Assembly (NCBI GenBank): GCA_009103225.1
Contig: RHPI01003369.1
Span: 317,500 to 381,499 of the forward strand
Length of the DNA: 64,000 bases
Direction of reading: 5' to 3'
From: Chlorokybus atmophyticus
Taxonomy: Eukaryota; Plantae; Mesostigma and Chlorokybus algae
Positions 13,501-25,449 of this stretch are shown here, in pieces. The translations under genes and the position numbers were made by a program. Each line of letters begins with the position of its first letter. The stretch's first letter is position 1. The notes beneath the pieces are model-generated. The model was not told the origin of the DNA and did no database searches. It saw nothing but the letters and a program-made list of their open reading frames with translations.

Positions 13501-14269
13501 TCAACTGCACAGCACAGCACACATGAAACTTGCTGCAAGTATTGTCCGCAAGTGCTTGAAGCTCAACCAAATGAAGGGGTGTGTATGTCAGTAGTACTAG
13601 CTAGACTCGTACAAGCTACATAATAAGTCGACTCTTGCTCAGTACACACTCGCGCACACTCGCGCACACACTGATAACCAGAGTTGTATGTGCGCGCTAC
13701 CTTGTTCTGTACGTGTGCATGTGCGTGCTCAGCAAGATGCCTGGGTCAGATTGGACTGACGGCGTAAATGACAAACTTGCGCATGACGCTGCAACCACAG
13801 TATAAGTTGACCATCATCTTCTGAGAGCACATGCATGCACCTGAAACTTGTCGAGTGGGAATGGAAACACTGAAGTGAGCTGTTCAGGTGAGAGAGGTGT
13901 GGACACTTGGCCGGCCTTGGCAAGTTCCAACAGCGCAAGGATGCGTTCTGGCATAGACGTGCTTGGTTGATCGTAATCCACAACATCCTGGACTGCCTCA
14001 GCTGTCGCCGTTGATGACAGCTCAGCTTCTTCCTTCTCGGCAAAGGCTGTGCGAGCCCTTGCCTCTGCTCGACGCGACCTTGCGCGCGGTCGGTCGGCAG
14101 CATTGCACACAACCACAGACTGCTTGCTACTCTTGCAGCTGCTTTTCCCTCTGAGTTTAAGAGGCTTTTGTTGTTCGTTGAGAGCAGCGGTACTATTACA
14201 GGGTTTGACACTTGAAGCATGTTGTTGAAGCACGGGACAGGCCGTCAAGGGCAAGCTTCGCATGGCCAT
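7578..14269 (-). CDS. ISE2: Ski2-like DExH-box RNA helicase, plastid ISE2 type (about 24 introns)
   Basis: N-terminal transit-peptide-like exon. Motifs FPFPLDKFQ, SAPTSSGKT, YTTPLKALSNQK, VLDEVHYL, FSRRGCD, GIAAHHAG, FATETLAAGINMPAR, QIAGRAGRRG. DSHCT end DDGDAARLLRR..DRSPISELL*. Confidence 0.9.
11150..11192. repeat. (CAG/CAA)n trinucleotide tract in an ISE2 intron
   Basis: caacagcagcagcagcagcaacggcaacagcaacagcaac lies just downstream of the donor GCAGAG|GTGCTT on the minus strand. Confidence 0.8.
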
Positions 14270-15264
14270 GTGACAAGCACGGGAAGTGCTGCTTACGCCT
14301 GTTGCGCAAGGACAAGCAGGAGTTCAGTTGTATGATGGTGCGATGACATTCACTAACAAGCAAGGCATCACGTATTGAGTGATAAGCTCACCGCGCCACT
14401 GCGCGCAAAGTGTACACACGCAAGTCATATATATGACCAGAAGCACGCAAACACTGCGCAGACAGCTTGGTTTGCATACGTTAACACTAGCAGCTCGCTC
14501 AATTCCTCAACAAGCTAGCAAGCAAGCGTGCATGTTGCCATCCTGCAACGGACCCTGGACCGCATGTCGTCTTCTGTGTAGCTAAGTTGTATCCATTGTG
14601 ACTGGTGGCACTGTACACGCAGTCACAGCCTGGCATCGTCCGTCAATTGTTGCACATGTGAAAGAAGCTAGTACCAGGCTGGCTTGCGAGCATGTGTATG
14701 TGCAGCACACAAAGGGAACGCAGCGTGACGGAGCCATAGAAGGACGAGCTTCAATTCACTGCAAGTTCACGCAATTATACGAAACTAGTGTTACCTCTTT
14801 ATTGCAATTACAGTTCAACTTTCGCAAGAATGCAGTCCCCGCTCCCGTTGAAAGCAAGTGCTGTTTGTGCGCAAAGCGAGAGCACTGGCGCTTGCAGCAG
14901 ACGCCCTTCTTGATCCTTTTCTTGCCCACTCAAGCACCTGCCCTGCTCCTGCTCCTGGTCCTCCTCCTCCTCTTCGTTCTGCTTTGGGACGCCGTCAACC
15001 TCAGCCTGCTCCGCCTTGTCCTCCACCGCCGCCGCCTCGCCGCGTGAGCCTTCCAGTGGTCACTGCGGCTATGGTCACACACGCTGTGCTATGATAGAGA
15101 CAAGCTAGGCGGCGAAGGCGGCGGCGGAGGCGTAGCTTGTTGATCAGGTGTATGCGGCGAGCTTGGGCTTTGTGTGGACAAGCTTGAGTTGTGCTAGCAG
15201 CTTGAGAAGGTCAAACCTGCTGACAACTGATGGCAGCGCAGTGAGACACAGCACCAGCAGCAGC

Positions 15265-18146
15265 ATGGCAGCACCAGCAGCAGCGTGTGGCAGTGGTGGT
15301 AGCTTGTGCTCCAGCTTATTAACAATCGACTCTGCAACTGTGACTTCGACGTTGAGGTCGAGAGCACGCAGCTTGGGCCCGTCTGCGCATCATGCAGCAG
15401 CTGGGCGCCATGACGAAGTTAACAGGAGAAGGCTCCACTCTGCTGGTACTTGCATGCCTTGCATGGAGCCTGTCAACTTGACAGCGTCAAGCAGTGTAAC
15501 AATACTAACATTTGCAGAAAGACTCCAATCTTGCACCAACCACCTATGCTTAGTCCCTTTCTGTACACAACTGTGTAGGCTGCTATGCAAGACGACCAAC
15601 TTTGATCGCTGCTACTTCAACACTCACTGCATGCTGGCAGGCTTCTGTCAGCGCAACAGGCTGGCAAACGGACGGGTCCAAGGATGGAAGACCTTGCATG
15701 GCTGCGAGCATCGGCAGTGCAGCGTGGTTGTGACCTGCAAGGTAAACAGTCCTTTGCGCACAGAGGCACACTCAGCGCATGTCATTGCGTCATCGGCATC
15801 AGTACAAGGAGTCAGTTGTCAAACAAACGTCAATGACTGCCTCATCCTTATTAGATTGGCTACAATCAACGAACAATTGCTTACAATCAAATGAGAAGCT
15901 GAACTGTTGGCTGTCTGCAGTCCACCACGCAGTCAGCTGGCAAGCTGGACGTGTCAAGGTGAGATGTCTTAAGAAGCTAGGGAGGCAGCTTGGCTGGTTG
16001 CACTTGAACAGAAATATAGCTGACTTTTGTGCGGAAGCATTGCTGCAGTGGCAATCGCTCTCTGCAGCAAGCTGGTGCATGTACACTTAGTTACAGAAGG
16101 TGTGCGCTGCGTAGCATGCTGAGGTTGGCTGGTCACAGGTGTGCGTACATGGAAGATGGATATTCCATGCTTGCGGACCATTTGCTGAGCGTGGCTGCCA
16201 ACTTGCAATCGGGTACCAAGTAGGTTTCTCGTATCAAAGTGTTGAATGCATGTGTTGCACCAGCATGCTGCACATGCAAGATTTGCACGCTGCGCATCTG
16301 TCACGGCTACACAAGCACACGCACATCTGTCACTTGGCATGTGTTTACAGCATTCCGTACATATACAGTGCTAACAGCATACACACGCGTGCACACACGC
16401 AATCGTGCACACACACGCGCATGCACGCATGCGCTCACGTACAGATGTGCGTGCACGCAATTATATGCGCATGTGTGGCATATGGTGGCGTACATGTGCA
16501 TGCGCACACGTGTGCACGCAAAAACCTTGTCTGCAGTCATCGTTGCTTAAATTATCTTGCGCAGGTACTTTGTGGGCGTTGCTGGCGTGCCTGGCTCAGG
16601 CAAGAGCACCACTGCACAGGATGTCACAAAGTTGCTGAACACTGCTACGAAGAGCTCGATGGCGGTCAACGTGCCAATGGACGGCTTTCATTTTTATCGC
16701 CATCAGCTAGACGCGATGCAGAATCCATCAGAGGCACACAAACGAAGAGGAGGTACATATGTAACACAACACGCACCTTTATGCTCTCTTAACTATTGAT
16801 TTCGGAAATTGTCTTACTCGTGCAACTTGTCGTTATCCGTGTAATTTGGCAATGTTGTAAAGGTTTGTTTCTGTACGTGCTGTGTTTCCATTGCAGCACA
16901 TTGGACATTTGATGGCGAACGCTTTGTGTCGTTTCTTCAGCAGCTGCGCATGCAGGTGCATCTCATTGCAGATGCACCTGGGTACATGTACTGAAAGTGT
17001 GGGTCAATATCGTCTACGACAGGGCAGCGGGCGGGCCCCTTCTTTTGACCATGCAGTGAAGGATCCTGTTGAAGACAGCATTGCTGTTCTGCCTGAGTAA
17101 GTGAACAACACGCACAGCTCACTGAGTAGAGCAGAACAGTTCAAACTGCACATCACGCGCTATACTGTTCATGTGGACAGTGTGAGATGCGTCAGTTGTT
17201 TGTCGTGCCCAACTGGCCGCATGTGTAGCAGATAAAAGTTGAGTCATTTATTTCACCTTGATTAAGAACTTACGACTGCATGCACAGCATAATCAATTGC
17301 ACAAGCTTGCATTTTGTCACGCATGCAACAGGCACGTGATGCTAGATTCGCGTGCTGAGCGCATGTGCATCTTCGCAGGCATCAAGTGGTTATTGTGGAG
17401 GGGAACTATTTACTTCTGGACTTCGTGCCATGGTCGCAATTGGCTGAGTTGTTTGACGAGACTTGGTAAGCCATTCTGCGCCACAACAGCGCACAAAAGT
17501 CTCGGGGACAACATAATGTGACTTCTCGTTTGCATGTATGCAGGTTTATGGATTGTGACATGGATGTCGCCATGGACCGCGTGAAGAAGCGGCACCTTGC
17601 AGCAGGTAGTTGTTGTGCGGCATGCCTGTTTTTGCCACTCTGAGTTCACATGTCAGCTTGTAAGGGGACAGCTGGCAGTCTTGCTGTCTGTTCTCAGCCA
17701 CTCAGCGTGGCTAGCTGTGGCCATGCACCATGTTCATTCCAGCTTAGCTCACGTGCTGTGGTTGTATTAGCACAGGATGGTGACTCTACAGTATATATAG
17801 TACTATCTGTACTACACAGTGATTGCTCATATGGTGCTGTGACTTGTCTGTCAGGCCTTGGGAGTAATGAAGACGAGGCATGGCAACGGGTACGTTTGAG
17901 CATGCCTAGATTCAACCACCTTTGTCAATTGCAACACAGTGGACGGTGCTTCTGGCCAGGCTTCAAGACATTCATGCCTCACTGTGTTCGCACCAACGTA
18001 CCATTTCGCATTAGTGCTCATCGCGCTAGCAGCGCTAATTGAAGTGTTGGTTTCAGGTGTTGAACAATGACAAGCCCAATGCGGAGTTGATTGTTGCAAC
18101 AAGGCATCGCGCAGATTTAGTTGTTCCATCACTGCCATTCAGATGA
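15265..18146 (+). CDS. Uridine-kinase/pantothenate-kinase-like P-loop kinase with an N-terminal targeting peptide (spliced)
   Basis: Walker A GVAGVPGSGKST, PMDGFH, APWTFD, PSFDHAVKDP, VVIVEGNYLLL, NDKPNAELI. The upstream exons at about 15265-15445, 15648-15741 and 15921-15958 splice in frame to RCAYMEDGYSMLADHL. Confidence 0.85.
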
Positions 18147-18713
18147 TATGTGAGGTGCCATTGTCGCAGTATGCCATAATTGGCGCGGTTGTACTGCAGC
18201 GAGTATTCTTAGCGGACTACAAGTACACAGCAAGTCGTCTAGTCCTTGAGCATGCATCATGCGCACCCAAGCCTGCCGACCATGGAAGCTATAATTGACA
18301 TGCGCTAGCAGCCCTCAGCCTGCCTCCTTGACGTGCGCATACCCATGGCTGTTAAAATTGTGTACATGCATGTGACCAACAACTCATGGACAGCATGCGC
18401 GGCTGTCGCTGTTGAAAGCCATGTACTCTATTCAACATCAGTAGCATTGTCCCCAGCAGGACATGGGTTAAGAGAACTATTGCCGTACACCAGTGACAAC
18501 GCTGTGTGCGGAAGTTAATAAGACTGTTGCATGCATGCAATAGATGCTTGTGCACTGCGCTGCCGGAATGCAAGCAACGGATGCAACACACATGATGCTT
18601 GCTGGTTCATTAGTCAGCATACCAATTCAGTCAATCAACTAATCAAGCAGCCAATGACCTAGACTAGTAACTAAATAGCTGAGAGCAGCAGAAATGCTAC
18701 TAATTACATTGCT

Positions 18714-21700
18714 CTAGGCTGGGGACGTGACCTCTGCCCCATTGCTGGTGACAGCTTCTCTTTCATGACTCAATAGCTCACGGGACACCTCTCTGCGCTG
18801 GAGCTGGGCCATGAGCACTGCATTGATGAACTCGATTACCACGCGATCGCTCCAAGGTTCACCAAATGGCCCGTCTGGCCCTGCGCACCAGCCAAGGTGG
18901 CCGCCACCAGGACTCACGCCCAGGATGGTGTTGGGATTCGCCTGATGTACGCACGTACGATACAGGCATGTGTTTGCGGACGATGACAGCGAAAGTCGCA
19001 TTGTTTTCATACAACATAGTTTACAAGCATAAATGACCAAGATGAACTATGCTTGGCAAGTCATGGTGTGCGCGGTACCTCAATGGCCTCGATTGGTGTG
19101 CCTTCAATAGGTGCAATGGGGTCGTTCTCAGCCTGTATGCACAAGTGATCAGGCTGACGTAGACCCGCCCATTTGGCACATGTTCATGTCCATGCACAGA
19201 CAGAATGACAACAACGCAACAGTAACCCAAAGAAACATGCACAGGCAGTTCATGTAACAAGCAACATAAACAAGCGGGCTAGAGGTGCATCAGCTCTAGT
19301 ATACCTGTAGGCACAACAGGGGTATGCGAATATTTGGGATTGCATGCTTGCTGCTTGAATCAGCATAGTACTCAGCAACAGAAGAATACCCAAAAGACAC
19401 TGCGCAGCAGCAGATGAGGCGTAAGCACAACCAGGCACAATGCCTGGCAAGCACAGCCTGCATATAACTATTGCTGCTGTAAGTTTTTTGGCTTCGACCA
19501 ACTCACCTCTGGTAATGGCGTCATCAAAGTCGCGTATCGACCTGCAGGTTAAGGCCTTCTGCACGTCAAAATCCCCTGTAACACCTTGCCACAAGTCCAA
19601 GTGCCTGCGTTACAAAGCTCTGAGAGCACCTCCCACCAATGCATGCCATGAGCGGGTTGTGCACTGAGGTACGATTGTAGGTTGGGCAGGGTATCAGTCT
19701 CATACCATCAGAGCGGTACAAAGTATTGTCATACTGCAGATGAATAGTAACCTACTGTGTAAAGATGTTCCGCAAGGATCTAGCCAGTCGCCTGTCGTAA
19801 ACCTTGTTAAAGCCAACTTGAAAGCCCGCATCAGCTAAGACCAAGTCAAATGGATTGCACAAACTAACGGCCGCCAGCAACGGTGTGCGCTCGCCTTCCT
19901 GTGAAAGGTACATAGGTACAGTATTCTATCAGCAAAGCGACATAGATGAACAACACTGTTACCGGAGTAAAATGACTAGCTCGCGCTCCTCAGTACAGCC
20001 TGTAACAAAGACGTATAGTTTACCTGTCCCAAGTACCTGGTGAGTATGTTTGCACCCAAAGACCACCCGACGGCGATCAGGGGCGCATTGGGAAACAGCC
20101 CCCGCACGTGCCGCAGCACGCCCCTCAGGTCCTCAGTGAATGATGCAGAGTAAAACTGCCGCATACCACACCAAGGTCAACCGAGAGATATCACAAACAC
20201 ACAACCACGCAGAGCTGCAAGCAGAGCTGCGAGTGAACACCCGGCAAACATCCGGTGCACACCTGAGCAGTGGTGACGGGCGAGTCCGCGCAGCCCCTCG
20301 AGTTGAATACAACTGCACGATAGCCATTGTCTTGCGCCACTGCAACTTGATGACGAACGTACGCATCGTGGCTGCCGCCGGTCAAGCCAGGCTGCATGCA
20401 AACATGTTACTACTGGCCGTGAAATACTACATGGATGCACAGTTGCATGTCATATGGGCGTACCAACAGTACAAGCAGGGGTGCCGTATCGGCAACATCC
20501 ATCCATATGGACCGAAACGTGTCTTCCTCCGAAGGCCAGTCAAGCGCCACAGTGCCGCCATCTGGCATGGTCAGGCACTCACGCCTGTACACGACAAGTA
20601 TAACTCACGTTATGCATGTCATACGCACACACAGCAGGTGCGGTGCTTGGTCAAGCACTCGTGTAAAGGTGCAACACCTGCATGCACTGAACACGACAAC
20701 ACCTAAGTAAAATGTGTGCTGCAGTTGACTAGACAAATTGACTGGACTTGGCTGTACAATTGGAGGCTGCAAGTCAATCGAACTAAGTGACCTTTTTGCA
20801 ACCAACATTATGTGAAATTATGTGAAAAAGTGTGCGAGTATGCTGTGGCAGCACTGAGACTGCGATTCAAGTGTGGACAATGTTGTACACAGTGCCCTCA
20901 TTGGTGAAATGAAAAAACCCCACCTGTAGCGGATGTGGGGTCCCTGTCTGAACAAAGCAGCAGCAATGGTCTCCACGTGTCGGTCAGCCAGCCCAGGGAA
21001 CGGGACATAGCGCCTGCGCACGAGGGAGGGCATCTTGCCCAAAACTGCGCGGTTGAATGCAGTCGGGGCTGCATGGATCGCAGGGTACTCAGCAGCCGCT
21101 TTTCGCCGTGCACTGCGGGAATCATCAAGTCTTAAGGCCTGGTTACGCACGCAAACATGCAAGTACAATGCCTGAAGAGACTAGTGCAACTCACTGTCAC
21201 AACCAGCATGCTCAAACGGTGGTATCAGCAGAGCATGCCACACAAAGTTGCATACGCCCATCCAGGCTGCACTGTGCACTGTCGCTGTCTCCTTGGTTTC
21301 TTCGTTGTTGTGAGACACACAAGTGCAGGCCAGAAGTCGGCACCGGCGCACACAACTTGGGACTTGCCCACTATGCAACACACGTGGACAACTACGTCCA
21401 CAAGTCGGTGGTGGACAATCCAGCCCTACTACCCCTTGCAATGGACCATGCCGCATTGCGCGCGCGGGTGAGAGGGGGGGGAGGGGGGGGGGGGGGGGGG
21501 GGGNNNNNNNNNNNNNNNNNNNNNNNNNNNNNNNNNNNNNNNNNNNNNNNNNNNNNNNNNNNNNNNNNNNNNNNNNNNNNNNNNNNNNNNNNNNNNNNNN
21601 NNNNNNNNNNNNNNNNNNNNNNNNNNNNNNNNNNNNNNNNNNNNNNNNNNNNNNNNNNNNNNNNNNNNNNNNNNNNNNNNNNNNNNNNNNNNNNNNNNNN

Positions 21701-22482
21701 NNNNNNNGGGGGGGGGGGAGCGTGCATGCATGCGTGTAATATAGTCAAGACTGCTCTAGGAGGTGTGAAGCCAAAAGACAGTACTACCTGTACTACAACA
21801 CTGGACTAGGCTGAGGAGAGGCGCACACCCGCACTGTCTCTAGACATGTGTTATATCTCCCGAGGCACGGATGTTCAACCAAAGAGCACAAAAGTATGTA
21901 CACGTTGACACGTGATGTCTGAGACAGCTTACCAAACCGTTTCACGCATGCACCTGACGTTGCTGTTGTATGCTTGTGTCACGTAACGATATTGACAAAA
22001 GTTACGTCAGTGACGATGACACTTGCACAAAGCAGTCCCCATGCTTACCGTGATGCACTGGTACGCTGTCCGCTGGTTGAGCGAAAGCAACAGCAAGCAA
22101 AGGGTTGACATGTACATCGCCACATGGCTGCTTGACAAGAAGCAGCCAAAGCAGCCACGCAACAATCAATTAGGTGGCTATGAAGTCAGAATTACTTGCT
22201 AACAACAGCCGCAGCGGTTGCGGCAGCAGCGCCAGCAGCAAACAGCAGGGCGGCAGCGGAAGCGGAGGCAGAGCATCTGGTGGCTGTGCGCACCGGCAAC
22301 CTGAGGCTCCTCCTCCGCCTCCTCACAGACGGCAACAGCAGCTCCGCCCCCGCAGCTCCTCTTCCTCCTCCGCTGGCCAAGCAGCCATCTTTGCCGCTCC
22401 CTAACCACACTGACGACAACGATGAGGCGGGGGACAACCTTCCCGCCACCGTCACCGCCGCCGCCGCCGCAGCAGCGGCCAT
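18714..22482 (-). CDS. Alpha/beta hydrolase, ABHD1/3 / EMB8-like (spliced; an assembly gap lies within intron 2)
   Basis: Motifs DGGTVALDW, PGLTGGSHDAYVR, VVFNSRGCA, FYSASFTEDL, nucleophile motif GWSLGANIL, SLCNPFDL, ENDPIAP, GGHLGW. The first two exons (22482-about 22194 and about 22128-22049) splice in frame to the exon at about 21140. Confidence 0.88.
21475..21719. repeat. Poly-G tract spanning an assembly gap (N 21504-21707)
   Basis: G runs lie on both sides of the N block, within the EMB8-like intron. Confidence 0.85.
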
Positions 22483-22541
22483 ATCGCCAGTGACTAGCCC
22501 AGCTGTGCCACGCTGGCTTCATTCAGCTTTTAGCTGCCAGC
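22483..22541. promoter_or_regulatory. 59-nt interval between divergent start codons (bidirectional promoter or overlapping 5' ends)
   Basis: Minus-strand ATG at 22482 and plus-strand ATG at 22542; each begins an Ala-rich first exon that splices in frame into a conserved domain. Confidence 0.55.
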
Positions 22542-25202
22542 ATGGCGGCAGCGGTGAGCGCAGTGCCGAGGGCGGCTTTGGGGGTGCAGCTGCGGTTGGC
22601 GTCGAGGAGGTCGCCCGTGTCGTCGTCGCCGTCCGCGGGGGTCGGGGTCAAGCGGCGGCATCATGCGTCGCCGGTGCTGTGCGCAGCCACAGGCCAGCAG
22701 CAGAAGAACCAGCAGGACGAGGACGGCAAGGAGGCCGACCCCGACGTCCGCAAGAGGCTGCCGGCGTCCAGCCGCATTATCCTGGGAGACGACAAGCGTG
22801 GACAGCTGGACGTGTGCAGGTGTGATGCATGCATACATGCATCCACGCATGTATTGCCTTGACGTATATCTTGAATTCTACAGCGCATCACGTCACTTGT
22901 CACTTGTCTTCCTGCAATTCGCTCACGCTGCCTCTCCACCATAAGTCCCTCGCAGTGCTTCACACGGCATTGTGTAGGGTAGCACTAGCACTACAAAGCA
23001 CGGCGGCAGCGTAGCTCAGTAGAAGACTGAACACCCAGTTAGTGCTGTGTGCCAAACGTGTAGTCTAGTACCTTGGCAGGTCATCAAGCCTAACTCACAC
23101 TGCACACTGTGTGTCAACGACGCAGAGTGCTGCTGAACGGGTGCAGCTTTCTGTTGTTCATTTGATTCACGTTGCAGGGTGGTCAATGGCATGTGGCAAT
23201 TGAGTGGAGGCTGGGGCCTGATTGAGCATGCAAAGGCAGTGAAGTCGATGGTGCAACACGTGGATACCGGCTTCACAAGTTTCGACCTCGCCGATATCTG
23301 TACGTACGACTGAATGGGTTGGACAACCGGTGAAGTACTGGTGTTCAGACTGTTCTCTCTTGCAGATGGGCCGGCAGAGGACATATACGGCATATTCTAC
23401 AATGAACTTTTGCGCACTCGCGGCGAGGAGGTTGCTCTCAATGTCCAGGGGTGAGCACATAGCACTCCCTGCATAGCTGTGGTTGGTGTGTGTGCCTGAA
23501 CAAGGGGTGTGACATGTCTATGTGTGTGTTGATGCAGCCTGACAAAGTACGTGCCCGTGCCACAGCGGATGACAAGAGCTGTGGTGGAGCAGGCGATCAA
23601 CAAGTCGCGCAAGAGAATGGGCGTGAAGGCTTTGGACTCTATACAGTTTCACTGGTGAGAGCTGCGATTGTCTTGTGTTGCCGTAGCGTGGACACAGAAT
23701 TGCTGCTTATTAGCAACCAATGGACGATGCGGTCTTGCCGACATGATTAATGTTCACAATCTCCTATGCGCTTTCCTTGGTGACCTGCCAACATTGAGTG
23801 CTCTTTGCAGGTGGGACTACGCAGACTCTAGTTATATTGATGCACTGCTGCATCTTACTGATCTCAAAGAAGAGGGCAAGATCACGACGGTTGCGCTGAC
23901 CAATTTTGATACTGAGCGGCTGGAGATAATTTTGGACAAGGGCATTCCTGTCGTTAGCAATCAGGCAAGTAGTCAAGCAGCGGTTCACATCCCGTGGATG
24001 TTGAACAACACCTATCACTGTTGGCTTTCCAGCACCACAACCTGTAACTCTATCTTCCTGCAGCATGCACGCAGCACGGATGACATCTCTGCACTGCAAT
24101 GAACAGCAATATCTATGCATAATTAGTGCTGGCATGTCAGGTCCAATGTTCACTTGTAGACCAGAGACCGCTGAAGCTCATGGCAGGACTGTGCGAGGAG
24201 AAAGGAGTCAAACTGATAACGTAAGTACCACACGCTGTCTGCATGCATGCATGTGTACATGCAGCAGTGCCATGGTCCCATAGCACGGTTTTGCTGGCAT
24301 TCAGCTTGCGTCAAGCGGCATATATGGATTCAATCCGTGAGGTGTATGTGTGGCTGGCTTGTGTTCTGTGGACAGGTATGGCAGTGTACTTGGAGGTTTG
24401 CTTTCAGAGAAGTACCTCAACTCCAAGGAGCCAGGGAGTTTTATGGGACCTAAATTGACCACACCGTCGCTCTCCAAGTACAAGCGGGTGAGTGGGTTTG
24501 ATTGCCTGGAGCCACCTTTTGTTGTGAGCCATGGTGTATTGCACGATGTGATCACCGCTGGCAGATGGTGGATGCGTGGGGCGGATGGGCGCTGTTCCAG
24601 CAGCTGCTGCAAGAGTGCAACTCCATTGCAAAGAAGCACGGCGTCTCCGTCTCAGCAGTGGGCGTCCGCTGGGTGCTTCAGCAGGTACCTATTGAGTGTG
24701 AACCCAAAAAGCCTCTGTCAGTCTGCCGCGCTGTCTCAATTCGTTCATAGTCGTGCTTGCCATCGTGGATTTCTGCGTATTGCACAGTCTGGGTTCTTGG
24801 TGTTCACGATAATGTACGTTTTGTTCATAAACAACCACTTGTACCGCTTGCCATGCCTTCGCAAGAACGCTTCCTTGTTGGTCACCGGCAGTCAGTCTAT
24901 TGTCCTGGACATGAGGCTGTCCATGGCGTGACTTGAAGCGTGTTTGCTGTCTTGCTTAATGCACTGATGGTTAGCGATTGTGTATGGCAATGCTACGATT
25001 GATGTGCACCCTGTGCTGGCAGCAAGCGGTGGGCGCATCCATGATCGGTGCTCGCTTCGGCTTGTCCGATCATGCTGATCAGAATAAGGAATTGTTCAAT
25101 TTCGAGATGGACGCTGAGGACATGTCCCGCCTTGACTCCGTGCAGTCAAAAAGCAAGGACTTGTTGGCACTTATAGGTGATTGTGGCGACGAGTATCGTT
25201 AG
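22542..25202 (+). CDS. Aldo-keto reductase of the 'radial spoke protein 5'/At2g27680-like family, with transit peptide (9 exons)
   Basis: Motifs VVNGMWQLSGGWG, FDLADIYGPAE, QFHWWDY, VALTNFDTERL, SNQ-VQCSLVDQRP, GGLLSEKYL; C-terminus GDCGDEYR*. Confidence 0.9.
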
Positions 25203-25449
25203 CCGCAACCTCATTGTAGGCTGCATGTAGGCTATACTATGAACCATGTCTTGGCTGTTGACAGTAGTTCTATGACATCAAATGTCAGACACTTGATAGT
25301 CGTGAGTTTATTCCCAACAAACGCTCACCTTGTGTGTGAAATGCAGCAACTCTGTGACAATGCTGTGTTTCAATCCATACGCGGTCAAACTCAACCTTGA
25401 CATGTATGGTTGCAAGTTTGAGTACATTTACCAGAAACTCACCATCTGG

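Noticed and set aside
14808-15400. Possible minus-strand gene (acidic EEEEEDQEQEQ ORF and a KLRALDLNVEV frame)
   Set aside because: There is no ATG start. The 15150-15750 part is better explained as the antisense of the plus-strand kinase's first exons, and the rest lies in the shared leader/promoter zone between ISE2 and the kinase.
21181-21748. ORFs crossing the N gap, and poly-Pro/poly-Gly ORFs at 53955-54383
   Set aside because: These are artefacts of homopolymers and Ns.
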